Below, piece after piece: positions 37,204 to 51,300 of a DNA stretch of 64,000 bases. Location of the stretch: assembly GCF_006345805.1 (NCBI RefSeq), contig NC_043004.1:6076001-6140000 (forward strand). The letters run 5' to 3'. This DNA comes from Octopus sinensis (taxonomy: Eukaryota). A model generated the notes under the pieces. It was not told the origin of the DNA and made no database searches. It saw only the letters and a program-made list of their open reading frames with translations. A program made the position numbers and the translations under genes. The stretch's first letter is position 1. Each line of letters opens with the position of its first letter.

Positions 37204-39642
37204 TACATGTATACAACAGTTGAATAAATAGAACAGCTTTCAAGAGATAACTAGAAAAAGTACAAATTTCCACTGCATAATATGCTAAATAATAGTATAA
37301 TGACAACTCATAATTATCAAGAACAAATTAAGTAGACAGAATGAGAACACCTTATCACAAATCTGACTGACATAACTTTGAGTAGAACCTCAGGTCGTCC
37401 TATGTAGAACAACAAAAAAAAATAAATAAAAACATCTGTCATGGAACTGAGTGACATAGTTCCTTGAAGCACCAGGGGTCATTTTGTTTCATCATCATCA
37501 TTTAACATCCACTTTGCTATGCTGGCATGGGTCAGATGTAATTCATAGAGGATGCACTTTCTGTTGCCAAACCTCACTTGTTTCCAAGTAAGGAAAAATT
37601 TTCCCACAGCCACAGACGTTTCCCACAGAAGAACAGAAATGAACAACATTACTTGTATGATGGTGAGGCTTGTTTACAGCCATGAAATGGTGTTTAATCA
37701 AGAGTGCACACACGCGCACACACACACACACACATATACACAACACTCACATATATCTACTTACCACGTAGCAACACCCATGAATTTATGCCCCTGCACC
37801 ATTTAAACCAATGGTTCCAAACTAGGGTCCATGTGGCCCTTAGGGGTCCTCACAAGATTTTGTTAAAATTTATGTGTAATAAATCAATTGTACTTCTACA
37901 ACCCAGAAAACATTTTAACATTACTTTAATACAATTCCCAATAATATTTAGAATGTGATTTTTCTAAACATTTAAACATTTAATGAGGGTCCACCTGAAT
38001 AAAATAGATATCAAAAGGGTACACATTCATAAAAATGATTGAGGGTTAAGTGATTTAAATATTATTCATTGAATATATTTTCTCATTGAATTAAGCACAT
38101 TTCCATAACAAATTTGTATCTAAATAACTACAATCTCAATATTAAAAATTTCACAAGCAACACTCGTATATTTTGTTGTGAGGAATGTGAGCAATAATCT
38201 AAAATTGCCTGCAGAAAACTTTAGGTATTTATTATATACTGAGGCAGTCTAACATTAGTTTCTAAGCCAATGAAATACCTCCTCTACTTAGTATCTTGAC
38301 CTGCTAGAAACAGCTACCAAACACCCCTTAAATCATGCTGCACCATCTCAGAAAAGAGTACATGTTTGGGAATTCAATCTACCTGTTTCTGTAACACCCA
38401 ATGGAATTTCTAGAAAGTTCATGCTGGTATTTGGTAGGAAGATTCTAATTCAGTTGGTTACACATCAGCTGAGTGGAAAAATCATCAAAATCTGAAAGCT
38501 ATATGATAATGCATGATTAATTTTTTTTAAATGTGCTTAAATAAGTATTACATTTAATAGAGTAATCTGAATTCTAAAGGGTTAAAATGTAAAGTGGTAG
38601 ACTTTCTTTCATTGTAGTATTCTTTACTCTCTCTCTCTCTCTCTCTCTCTGTCTCCCCCTCTCTCTCACATACACACACAATTATTTAATATGTGTAGGC
38701 ATACATGTGTGGTTAAGAAGTTTGCTTTGCAACCATCAAACTTTTGGGTTCAATCCCACTGCATTGGGCAAATGTCTTCTACTATAGCTGTGGGCCTACC
38801 AGTGCCTTGAGAGTGAATTTGGTTGAAGAAAACTGAGTTAAAACCTGTGATATATCGTTTATCGTTTCGTTTATTGTTTAACGTCCGCTTTCCATGCTAG
38901 CATGGGTTGGACGATTTGACTGAGGTCTGGCGAACCAGACTCCGATCTGATCTGGCAGAGTTTCTACAGCTGGATGCCCTTCCTAATGCCAACCACTCCG
39001 AGAGTGTAGTGGGTGCTTTTACGTGCCACCGGCACGAGGGCCAGTTTGGTGGTACTGGCAATGGCTACGCTCAAATGGTGCTTTTTATGTGCCACCCGCA
39101 CAGGAGCCAGTCCAGCAGCACTGGCAATGACCTCACTCGGATGTTTTTTCACGTGCCACCAGCACAAGTACTAGTAAGGCAACGCAGGTAACAATCACGC
39201 TCGAATGGTGTTTTTAACGTGCCATGTATGTATGTATATATATATATATATATTGCCACCTGACTGGCTCCCATGCTGGTGGCATGTAAAAGCACAATTT
39301 GAGTGTGGTCAATGCCAGTGCTGCCTGATTGGGCCCTCGTGTTGATGGCATGTAAAAAGCACCCACTACACTCTTGGAGTGGTTGGCATTAGGAAAGGCA
39401 TCCAGTTGTAGAAACCTTGCCAGATCAGATTGGAGCTTGGTGCAGCTTTCTGGCTTACCAGTCCTCAGTCAAACCATCCAACCCATGCCAGCATGGAAAG
39501 CGGACATTAAATGATGATGATGATATATATCATCAGTAAATCATAAACCCAAAAGAGAAGCACACTCTAAGTTATAGAGCAGTACAGTATTTAGATAAAG
39601 TTAGTTATGGCTGGTCTGTGGGGTTACCCAGGTTTTGCATCC

Positions 39643-39677
<35 letters not shown>

Positions 39678-39797
39678 ACCCTATCATCACTTGATATCCT
39701 GTGATGATTTGTTTACATCCCCATAACCTAGTGGTTCAACAAAGGAGTCTGACAGAATAAGCACCAGTACCAAACTTTAAAAGCATAGTTGAATAAA

Positions 39798-40182
39798 GGC
39801 GTAAGAGTGGCTGTGTGGTAAGTAGCTTGCTTACGAATTATGTGGTTCCGGGTTCAGTCCCACTGCATGGCACCTTGGGCAAGTGTCTTCCACTATAGCC
39901 TTGGGCCGACCAAAGCCTTGTGAGTGGATTTGATAGACGGAAACTGAAAGAAACCCATCGTATATATGTATATGTTTGTATATCTGTGTTTGTCCCCACC
40001 AACATTGCTTGACAACTGATGCTGGTGTGTTTACGTCCCTGTAACTTAGCGGTTCGACAAAAGAGACCGATAGAATAAGTACTAGGCTTACAAAGAATAA
40101 GTCCTGGGGTCGATTTGCTCGACTAAAGGCGGTGCTCCAGCATGGTCACACTCAAATGGCTGAAACAAGTAAAAGAGTAAAG
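39798..40182 (+). mobile_element. tRNA-derived CORE-like SINE, representative well-preserved copy
   Basis: tRNA-like head (tggctgtgtggtaag...ggttcagtccc), accttgggcaagtg core-like motif and aaaagagtaa tail. Further copies near 5170, 6875, 17660, 34140, 38690, 45340, 46860, 53760, 59260 and 63615. Confidence 0.75.
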
Positions 40183-41801
40183 CAAACTCAATACAGTTTA
40201 GTTTGTTCAACTAAATCCTTCAAGGCTGTGCTTCTGCATGACTGCAGTACAATGACTGACTGAAACAAGCAAAAGAATCTGTATAGTATTTTTATACATT
40301 TCAGATTTGAACATGTTTGGCCAGTGACTTGAACTGAGATTTTGTGTTAAAACAAAAACAATTATGTCATATGCGCCATGAACCATATTATGACACACAG
40401 ACACTGTTACGTTTATTTCCTCAACTGTGAAAATTGTCTTTGCACGTCTCCAACCTTAGTCACTGACACAATCCTATAAGCAGTTAAATTGTGTTAGGGA
40501 CCAGGTCATGAAAAATGTGATGAAAATTCTGACACCTCAAGAAATAAATATAGAATAAATATAGTCTTTGTGGTTCTTAAATGTTATAAATGGCTCTTTC
40601 ACATTTTCAAGAATAAAATATGGCAGATTTAGAAATACAAGCATACTACAACTTGTGTTGGTAATTGGTTCCAAGACATGCAACTTAACTCAAGAAACAA
40701 TGTAACATGAAAAAAATACATTTAAAAATTCATTGAAAAACATAAGATTTCCAGCTGCTATAAACAATCTCTTATAACATCTTCGCTGCTTAAAAGGCAC
40801 ACTATGTGGGGACTTTTATGCTAGCTTCTGTGGAGGGCTAATTGGGCCTATGGCCCAAAACTGAAAGGGCTAAATAGTATGACCATAATATGTCTATAAT
40901 GACTATAATGACTATATGCCACGGTGGTGCTTGATCAGAAGTTAAGGATGGATTAGAATTAATTCTGTAATCCAGTCCTAAGTTGAATTCCAACTGTTGG
41001 CCAATCAAGTTGGCATGAATCAGCCAAGCTTTACCTGCTAGAAATAGCAACCCAGACGCTTTTAAGTCAGATCCCAATGCTGGATGTTCAAGAACCAAAA
41101 AAAGGGCAGATTTTCTATCCCAGGATCATCCTGGTTCCAAAAAGGTATAATATGTCTACATTGAGCAAATGTAAACAGATACAGGGGTCCTGGACAGACA
41201 GAATTTCACTTTTATTATGGCTTTAAGCATTTAAATACAAATAAAAATGATAAAAGACAATGTTGAGAAAAATTTATAAAAGAACCAAAAATGAAAGAAA
41301 AATATAATAAATAAAAGCAAACATTTATTTAAGTGTTGACACCAATGTTCTTGATTGACCAGAAGTAGAAGTTGGAGAAGCATGGATTACAGATTTGAAA
41401 TCGAAGTCAAAGAGATCAATTTCTCATCAAATGTTTTCATTTCAGTTCGTTGACTTCCAGCATGCAGCAAGAACTCGTCTAGAATGCCTTGAATGGTTTT
41501 ACTCTTCTTGTCATCCAGGATAACCTAAGGAACAAAGGCATCATGAATGTTCCCGATAATTTTAGCAAAGCATTCAGCATTGGGACTCACCTCCTTGGAA
41601 AGAGTGAGTTATTTCTCTATATAGATAAAAGCTTACTGCATTTTATTGTTGGTGAGATGTCTTGGTTCTGGTTCCAGTTGCTGTGCCTCTTCTTGTTGTT
41701 GCTGTTCCTGAAGCTCCATTAATTTTCATCTGTAAATGTTTGCTTGTAAGCTTCAATTAATGCATCAAAATCCTCCTCCACCACATCTCTATTCATTTCT
41801 T

Positions 41802-42022
41802 ATTTCTTTATTGCCCACAAGGGGCTAAACACAGAGGGGACAAACAAGGACAGACAAATGGATTAAGTCGATTATATCGACCCCAGTGCGTAACTGGTAC
41901 TTATTCAATTGACCCCGAAAGGATGAAAGGCAAAGTCGACCTCAGCGGAATTTGAACTCAGAACGTAGCAGCAGACAAAATACCGCTAAGCATTTCGCCC
42001 GGCATGCTAACGTTTCTCCCAG
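41802..42022 (-). mobile_element. Young SINE copy inserted in the Tigger element
   Basis: Retains CpGs (gtcgac, agcggaatttgaactcagaacgt). Flanked by a 13-bp direct repeat ctattcatttctt / ctatttatttctt. Same family as copies near 11370-11560, 15290-15500, 25820-26040 and 35690-36075. Confidence 0.8.
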
Positions 42023-42516
42023 CTATTTATTTCTTTTGACAACACCAACAACTCTTTGTTTACATCAGAAATGTCAAAACCCTTGAAATTGTTCACAAAT
42101 TTCAGGAACAGTCTCTTCCATATGGTATTCATAGATGTTTCTGATACATCTTGCAATGCCACTGAAATATTTCATACATTTTCCAAAAACCATGGAGTGT
42201 GGTGCCTTCCTCCTTACCTGTTGCTGCTACACCCTGCCTGAGTACATGCCTTTGGTAGTAACATTTGAAGTCAAGAATGACAGCCTGGTCCATAGGTTGC
42301 AGTAAAGAGGTGCTGTTAATGGGTAGGTATGCAACAAGGATATTACGGTGAAAGGCAATGACATTTTGTGGGTGACCAGGAACATTGCCTAAAACTGAAT
42401 CTTGAATGGAATATGCTTCTCTTTACAATACCTGCTTGACTGTTGAAACAAAATTATTGTAAAAAAACAATCTTCAAAAATTATGACAGTCATCTAAGCC
42501 CTAGTGTTTGACAGAT

Positions 42517-42890
42517 GGGGGCACAATGGCCCAGTGGTTAGGGCAGCGGACTCGCAGTCGTAGGATTGTGGTTTCGATTCCCAGACCGGGTGTTATGATT
42601 GTTTATTGAGAAAAAACACCTAAAGCTCCACGAGGCTCTGACAGGGGGTGGTGGTGATCCCTGCTGTACTCTTTCATCACAACTTTCTCTCCCCTTTTTC
42701 CTGTTTCTATTGTACCTGTATTTCAAAGGGCCAGCCTTGTCACACTCTGTGTCATGCTGAATCTCTCTGAGAACTATGTTAAGGATACATGTGTCTGTGG
42801 AGTGCTCAGCCACTTGCACGTTAATTTCATGAGCAGGCTGTTCCATTGATTGGATCAACTGGAATCCTTATCGTAACTGACAGAGTGCCA
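42517..42890 (+). mobile_element. tRNA-headed SINE of a different family inserted in the Tigger element
   Basis: Head ggggcacaatggcccagtggttagg (A-box-like) and ggtttcgattccc (B-box-like), then a roughly 300-bp non-tRNA body. It splits the transposase homology. Confidence 0.65.
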
Positions 42891-44277
42891 CGAGTCAGAT
42901 GACGTTTAGCAATGTTAAAATTCAGGCATAAACTTCTCCTTGGCAATGAAGGACTGATCTGGCATTCTTTACCAGAAAAGCTCACTCTCATCAACTACAT
43001 TGAAATGTTGCTGGGCTGTAAAGCTGTTGTCTTCAATAATCTTTGTCAATCTTGCAGGTAACTTGATTACTGTTACTGCATCAGCTGATGCACTTTCACT
43101 TTGGACCTCAAAACTTGGTAAACCTACCCTCCTTGGCAGTTTGCCAGGTTTGTTCTAATGATTAAGTAAATAAGTTTGAAATTTATAGGATGTTCCATAA
43201 AGTATGATTTAGTCACCAGTGAAGACTTTCATACTTACATAGTGTCTGGGATAAGTCACTTTGGTAAGGATTACTTGCCTGCAAAACATATTTGTTGTTG
43301 GTTTTCAGCTCAGCTCAACACTGCTAAGAAAGCTTTCATTAGCTTTAAAGCACACAAACATCTAACAACAGATTGAATATCACATGGTACTTATTTACAT
43401 GTGTAGGCACATGGATTAGTGGTCAGGTTATTGGACTCATGATCATATGGTTGTGGTTTCAATTCCTGGAATGGGCTATGCATTGTATTCTTGAGCAAAA
43501 CACTTCATTTCATGTTGCTCTAGTCCACACAGCTAGCAAAAATGAATATGGTGAAGTCACAATGGGCCTGGCAAGCTGGCAATGGATGGTGGACCTGCCT
43601 AAAAAAACAAAGCAAAATGAACTTCTGGATTGATGGGTCATAAACCTTTCCTGATGTTGAGTATTGCCTTATTTACACGTAAGAAGACTGGGTCACTGCA
43701 GTGTTAGATATAGACTGCATTGTTAAGGCTCTAAGCTATATGAGGTTTGGAGACACTTGTTAAAAATTATTAAGCTCATTTTGAAACAATCTGGTTTTGG
43801 GTCTAGTCCCACCATGTGGCACCTTAGTCATCCTGGACTGACCACAGTTTTGTGAGTGAATTGTTTTAACAGAAACTGTGTGGAAGCATGTCTTAGCGAT
43901 CTCACTAGTGCAAGTGGAGTAAAAAAGCACCCAGTACACTCTGTAAAGTGGTTGGCATTAAGAAGGACAACCAGCTATAGAAACCATGGCAAAGCTGACT
44001 TTGGAGTTTGACACAGTCTTGTAGCTTGTTGGGTCTTGTCAACCTATACAACCCACATAAGCATGGAAAATGGACATTAAATGATGATATGTGTGTTTTT
44101 GTGTCTGCCTGTCCCCATCCACTGCACGACAATCAGTGTTGGTTTGTTTACATCCCCTGTAACTTAGTGGTTTGGTAAAAAAGACTGATAAACTAAGCGC
44201 CAGACTCAAAATAAATTACTCCTGATGTAGTCATGCTCAAAGGGTTGACATTGAATATGTTGACTCCATGTCAACAT

Positions 44278-44660
44278 AATAATTAACTTATTGTATACAA
44301 TGCTCAGGTGCACTATAACACAAGACAAAAAAATAGCCAAAAGTATATGAACAGTACATACAATAATGAACAGGAAGTGAGTAGTTTAAGGGAAAAAAAA
44401 ATGGTGGGGCATTAGGTGTACTATTGGTGAATTTCAGGAAGCATGGAAGTTTTGAAGGATGTAGTGTCCTGACAGCTAACAACTAATGCAGGAAGTTTAT
44501 TTCTTACTTCAGCAATTCTCAATGTGAGAAAATGTTTCCGAAAGTCATGTATTGTTTTATGATTTTGCAAGCATGTGCACAAGTGTTGTTGGAAAGATGG
44601 TGGATAATTTTGTGGCTATCTACCAAATCAGTAGCCAGACGTTGGAGCTTGACACATGCA
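44278..44660 (-). mobile_element. Old CR1-clade LINE 3' fragment
   Basis: Diverged reverse complement of 59915-60412 (KYMTFGNIFSH region and the gtgcacctgagca tail). Confidence 0.7.
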
Positions 44661-44895
44661 TACACAAAATTAGACCCACACTCACACATATACATGAATG
44701 CTCCCCACCATATATACTCACCTAGGTACACTTAATACATACACAAACACATGCTGTTACATGAAAGGCTTGGCAAAACTCAACAATGCCCAATAAACTA
44801 AAAGTGCAAGTCAGCTGCAGAAGGGGAGGTAATTTCATAAGGAATGAAAATGTCATGAAAATGAAAGGAAAAAAAAAATCAATGAAGACTAAACA

Positions 44896-45322
44896 AATAA
44901 TAATAATGAAATTATTGTATACAGTGCTCAGGTGCACCACAACTTGTCAAAAGTGCATATAAAGCATATGCAGTAATGTACAAATGTCTGGAAAGTGAAC
45001 AGTGTATGAGTCAGATATATGCTTGCGTGTGTATGGAAGGGAGAAAATCAGGTGTAGTGTTGGCGAATCTCAGGAAGCACGGAAGTTTTGAAGGATGCAG
45101 TGCTCCGACAACTAACAACTGATGCTGGCAGTTTGTTCCATGCTTCAGCAACTCTTAGCGTGAAAAAATGTTTCCAAAAGTCATGGGAGCTGTGCTGTTT
45201 TCTGACTTTGTAAACATGTCCACGGGTTTTAGACAGGTGGAGTTTGAAAAGGTGCTCAGAGTTATTGTTTGTAAGATGGTTAATAATTTTATGGGTGTCT
45301 GCCAAATCAGAACAATGTGAAG
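44896..45322 (-). mobile_element. CR1-clade LINE 3' fragment
   Basis: Encodes RGHVYKVRKQHSSHDFWKHFFTLRVAEAWNKLP and ends in an (ATT)n-type tail. Confidence 0.85.
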
Positions 45323-47531
45323 TATCTGTGTGTGTGTAGCAGTATCTTTATCTTATTTGTTTCAGTCATTAAACTCTGGCCATGCTGGGGCACTGCCCTA
45401 TAGGTTTTAGTTGAACAAATGAACACCAGTACTTATTTTTTAAGCCTGGTATTCTCTTTTGCTGAACTGCTAAGTTGCAGGGATATAAGCAAACCAGCAC
45501 CAGGAGTCATGTGGTGTGTGTAGAACAAACACAAAAAATACACATGGAAGATACATACCATGCACCGGGACTGAACCTGAAACTATAGGGTTACAATGTG
45601 AGCTTCTTAACCATGCAGCCATGTCTATGTAAAACGCTTAGAACATAGACAGATGAAATGTTGCTGAGTTCAAATTCTGCCAAGGTCGATTTTGATTTCA
45701 TCCCTTTGTCATTGATATAGTAAGTAACAGTTAAGTACTGGGGTTGATTACATCCTTCCCCCAAAATTTCAGGCCTCGTGCCTATAGTAGAAAGGATTAT
45801 TATTATTATTATTATTATTAAGGTAGTGAGCTGGCAGAATCGTTAGAATGTTGGATAACATGCTCAGTTGCATATTTCTTCCATTTACATTCCAAGTTCA
45901 AATTTCAACAAGGTCAATTTTGTCTTTCATTCTGTTAGGGTTGATGAAATAAGTACCAGTTAAGCACTGGTGTCGATTTATTTGACTTTCCCTTTTCCTC
46001 AAAAGCTACTGACCCTTGCAAAATTTTAAGCTATTATTAAAACTTTTGATATCAACTGGCCTAGGATTGCCCCAATTTCTGTGATAAGGCTGTGAAAATT
46101 AGCTTGCATCATCTTGTATCAGCATTTCTTACTTCTTTTCATCATTGTAGTACACTACACTTGAGATTGAACAAAAAACATGCAGGTACCTTTTACAAAT
46201 TAAAAAAAAGTATATTAAACTATTGATAACTTGATTGTTTTGTTAATGATACTTATAGATAACAAAATTATGAATAACATGATTTTCAAAATCAGCAATA
46301 ATTTCATCATCATTACCATTTTAACAATGATTTCTCGTGCTTGCATGAGTTGAACAGAGATTATTGAGACAGATTTTCTACAGCTGGATACCCTTCCTGT
46401 CACCAATCCTCACCCATTTCCAGAATATTATAAATGAATGACACTTGCTCAAGGTGCCAAACAATGGGACTGAACCCGAGACTTTATGGTTGGGAAGTCA
46501 GATTCTTAACCCTACAAACGAAAATCTGTAGTGTACCCAGATATCCCTTGTGAAGTACCATTTGAGAAGGGCTTCATTTGTTTAGCATAATTTTAGATGG
46601 AGATTTGCAGCAGAATTTTACAGCTGGACACTCTTCCTGTAACCAACTCTTACCTGTTTTTCAGTGTAAAAGTTTTTTTTTATTCCAGTCTTCAAAAGTG
46701 GTCATAATGGCAACAAGGAATGTTGACATCAGTAATCAGTACCTTTCTGCTTGAAGAGTGACAAACATAGAATATATAAGCATTGATGCACATTCACACA
46801 CACATGCACAACTGACCTTCTCCAATTTCCATCTATCAAATTCACTCACATAGCATTGGTGTAGGTGTAGCTGTGTGGTTGAGAAACTTGTTTACCAACT
46901 CAATGTGGTCTTGGGTTGTCTCTCTGTGCAGCACCTTGGGTAAGTGTCTTCAACTATAGCTCCAGGCTGTCCAAAGCCTTGTGAGTGGATATGGTAGATG
47001 GAAACTGAAAGAAGCCCATTGCATGTATGTATGTGTGTGTACCCTTGTCTTGACATCATAGGATGGTTGTAAATGGGCGTGTTTGTTTCCAATCTTCTGT
47101 AGAAAATCATGTCTGGCCATGGGGAAATATTTACTTCTTTGCTTAGAAACAAGCGAGGGTCAATGACAGGAAGGACATATAACTGCAGAAAATCTGCTTC
47201 AATAAATTCTGTCTAACCCATGCAAGCATGGAAAAGCAGATATTAAATGATGATGATATTAGGGTATGAAGACACTGAAAATGAATGATATCAATTGTTT
47301 CATCAAAAATCACTGCTCAGTAAGAACATTGATTTGTTACTGCAGGTCTTTTCTAAAATAAACTAGAAACACCAGAGAATGCAGTTATTTAATATCAAGT
47401 CAAGTATGATCAATCAAAACTATAGTTATCCTGTCATTCCACCCTGCCTCTTCAGAAATAGTCAAGCTTATACTACGTAAACCAATATCTCCTTTTTCTA
47501 GAAAAGTAGGATGTGGTTTGTATGATATTTA

Positions 47532-47712
47532 CCATATTTTAACGTGTCTAAGGAACCCTCGTGTATAAGGAACGTCTTAATTTTTGGGGTTTAAAATTTG
47601 AAAAAAAAGGTTTTGTAAAAGATTATAATACTATCTATGTATAAAAAAACTCCCATATTTTTTTAACCTAATTTTTGACAAAAAAGGGTTCCTTATACAT
47701 GTTAAAATATGG
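47532..47712. mobile_element. Tc1/mariner-superfamily (pogo-like) MITE
   Basis: TIRs ccatattttaacgtgtctaaggaaccc / reverse complement ccatattttaacatgtataaggaaccc with TA flanks. Confidence 0.75.
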
Positions 47713-48027
47713 TAAATTCTATATCTAGGAAGGTGAAGAATCATATGAAGGCTTATTCATGGTCTACATTTAAAAAAAGATAGAGAAAATATTTCATTTA
47801 AGTTCAAATTCAGAACCAACTTCATCTGAGGATAGAGTTGACATCCCCCAGAGTTGGAAAAGTTCAACATGATAATCACAATAATAGTTATTCCTTTCCT
47901 TTACACTGAGAGTGGGGGCTTTATTGTTTTAGCTTGATTTTTTTCTTTTAAACCCTCACTCTATAATGCCTTTTGTTTGCATATGAAGTGTTTGAATATA
48001 ATTGTGTTTGTAAATACATTTTCATCC

Positions 48028-48313
48028 TTGACCATTAAGCATTTAAACTGGTCATATCTGACCTAAATATTCTACTTGTTTTATGTTCAAACCATGGTGG
48101 TGCTCCAACATGGTCACAGCCGCATGGCTGAAATGAGTAAAAGAGTAAACTGACCAGATCTGGCTTTTCATACCCACTCTACAATGTCATCTTAAAACTA
48201 AACAATCACATCATCAAAATTTCAAAGCTACAGAACAAAACATGAATATTTCAGAATAAAGTGAATAAATAAGAATTAAATTTGGCAGAGTAATCTGAAT
48301 GCTAAAGGATTAA
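48028..48313. mobile_element. piggyBac-like MITE (TTAA flank) with an inserted SINE-tail fragment
   Basis: Right end aatgctaaaggattaa and degenerate left end ttgaccattaagcatt. Related pieces at 13545-13745, 38470-38585 and 49140-49292. Confidence 0.5.
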
Positions 48314-51300
48314 GGAATTGAAACTGAAACAACAGTATCTTAAATTTTTAAAAAGGGAGACAACTAATGCTTTCAAAACTACCGTTTTAACGCCTACTTT
48401 TCCATGCTTGTATCGGTTGGACTTAGTTTATTGAGGCAGTTTTACTATAGGTGGATGCCCTTCCTATCACCAAAACCTGTTTCCAAACAAGATGATATTT
48501 CCCCATGGTCATACGTTTTCACTGGAAACAAAGGATATTGCTTATATGATAGTGACACCCATTTACATCATGCGATGTCAAAAGAACACACACGTGACGA
48601 GTTTCTTTCACTTTCTATCTTCCAAATCCACAAACAAAGCTCTGATCAGCAGCCTGGGGCTATTGTTGCCCAAGGTGTCATGCAGTGGGACAGAACCCAA
48701 AACCATGTGGTTGAGAAGCAAACTTTTGACCCATAGTCATTCTCATATGTATTAAAAAGTGTGCTGCAATTAAACAGTTTGTGATTAACTCTTTAACCTT
48801 CAGATTACTTTGTTAAATGTAATGCTTATTCATTCACAGCATTTTGGTGGTACAAAGAAATTAATACGGAGAATAAAATACGGTTCACCTACCTCTCGTA
48901 GTTGGCTGTCCAGCTGTGTTAAGTCCAAACATGTGCCCTACCTAATGTCTCACCTGATGTTAGCAGCTGCAACTACAAAGCCCCACTAGCTTGCTCCACT
49001 CATGTCCATTCACCAAAACTATCCCAGGCTGAAAGAGGACAACCCTGGTCTTGCTTCCCTCACTTCCTCTTTCCCCCTTCCTGGTCCAGTAGGGCCCCTT
49101 GACCATTCACATCACAGCCCTTTCCTTCTGGTTCATATTGCCACAATTTTGTAGCTTTGAGATTTAAAAATGATTGTTTATTTTTAGAATGGTATTGTAG
49201 GGTAGGTGTGAGAGATCAGATCTGACTGGTTTGAACATAAAATGTGTAGAATATCTGGCTGGATATGGCCAGTTTAAATATTAAAGATTAGATAAAATTT
49301 TAATTTAAATGAAAATTTTCTTTGGTGGATTGTGAATCTCTGATGTTCAAAACAAAAATCCAGACCTTAGCTTAACTTGTTCCCACTCTCCATTTCTTTC
49401 TTTTTTTTTTTTTCTAAAAATAGCATGATAAAAAAAAAAAGTTGGAGGATATGGTGCTGAAATGGAAACAGAAGAAAATGATAAAGAAAAAAGAGAAAAC
49501 AAAGTCATTCTATGATTAGACAACTTTTTAATTCTTGTTTATAGATGTCAAACACACTTATGGTTAATTCTGGCAATCTGGAATAAATAAGTTGTCTAGT
49601 AATTACTATGTACAAATGTTTACAATATTCATACACACACACACGTCTATTAATAGTTTGTAGAGGAAGTAGTAGTATTAACAGTAGCAAATTATACAGG
49701 AATAGTAGTAGTAGTCGTAGTAGAATCATTTCATACAGTCTACACAGAAGTCACATAGTGACACCTGTAAGTATGTTGCTCAAACATGTACAGATTCTCA
49801 CAGGAAAATTTAAATGAAAAATAAATTATATACCAAATTTGGTTTTAAAAAATTCTTGCTTTTTTGATTATTAACTTTTTCAGTTCTTAAACAAGAGTAA
49901 CATAACAAGAATTTCATTAAGATCAAAGTGTCCAATTCTTTACAACACTCTTGAAAGGCAGAAAACAGCAGACAATTCTGTTGTTATCCAAGAATTGTAA
50001 AAAATGTGAAATCATAGAAAAACCCAGAGTTCTTCAGAAAGAATATTATTATTCCTAATTAATTAGATTTTAAAAATTCACATTAAATTCTGGCTAAATG
50101 AAGAGTGGCACCTAAACTTTATTCTATACTTAAGATTGTACACTAGTAGAAAAGAAGTCAAACATATATAATACATAGTCCTAGGGTGTAGAGGTGTCAC
50201 TTTTGATTAACTTTCCTCCTGAACCCAAGCATCTTTTACAAAATACAAGTGTTTGCTTAATACAGGTAGAAATGCACTTAAGTATGCACATCAAAATGCA
50301 ACTGCACTATTTTTCCTTTTAAAGATGCTTTCAAATAAAAACAAACATCAACAAACAAACAAGAAATTGATACAATTTCTAGAATCTGAGAAAGTGTATT
50401 CATATTTTATATGATTTTCTGTTGTAAATATTGGGAGTTTTTTTTGTTTTTTTTTCATACCACAACAAGTTACAAAAAGGTCTGGCTAGTTCATTTGCCT
50501 TTTAAATTGAACATTTACACAAAGTTTGTTTTGTGGTTTTTTTAAAACTAGATTTCATTTTTATTGTTGGTGTATCTGAGGAGAGAGGTTGCAAACAATG
50601 TAAACAGAGATAATTATTTAATTTTACTTGGAATAATTAAAACTAAAATTTAAACAACAAAAGGAAAGAAATGAAATATCTAAGTAAGTATTGCTCATTT
50701 GTTTCAAGTGGGGGTAGCCATGTATCACTTTTATAGTTAGACACCTATGCTTCTCCCCCTATCATACTTTCGTCTCTCAGATATGAACATTTCTAACATT
50801 TTGCATGCATAAACCATAATAACATTAGTTATATTTACAAAAGTGACCATAATCTGCCTGCAAAATACTACTAGAGAGGTATGCAGTTCAAGAAAGTTAT
50901 CTGGTGTGTAAAAAAATAAATTTATGATAGAAATGAATAAAAAAAAAATCCAAAATACATGACCACGTAAGTTTCAGTTAGATTGAGAATGAAATACTTG
51001 AAATAGCAGGAGACTATTCAGAACATCATTTCAACAACTGCCAATTTTCTTCAACCCTTACTTTGCAGGAATCAACTCGGCCCCATACATCAGGATTCGA
51101 GACATGGGAGGTAAGTTTATTCATTTTGATAATTTGAGTACTTTCTGAAATTCTCCACATTTTGCATGATATAATAATACCACATTTTGTTTTTACTCAA
51201 TAAAAGAAAGAGGCTATGAGAACTGATTTGCAATATCTGCATTTTAGTATGCAAAAATTTAATCAGCAGCACATTAAGGGTTAAGATATCAAACTTATTC

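Larger units (their letters stand above)
40640..43160 (-). mobile_element. Decayed Tigger/pogo (DDE_1) transposon interrupted by two SINEs (approximate bounds)
   Basis: Minus strand encodes NVVDESELFW*RMPDQSFIAKEK, MTVIIFED, and GNVPGHP...YLPINSTSLLQPMDQAVILDFKCYY, which are pogo/CENP-B-like DDE_1 motifs. Confidence 0.8.

Noticed and set aside
39798-39870. tRNA gene calls for SINE heads (also 42517-42595)
   Set aside because: A/B-box-like motifs are present, but the acceptor stem does not close and the sequence continues into multi-copy SINE bodies.
48845-49130. GC-richer segment resembling a solo LTR
   Set aside because: No TG...CA ends with a TSD, no second copy and no PBS could be identified.
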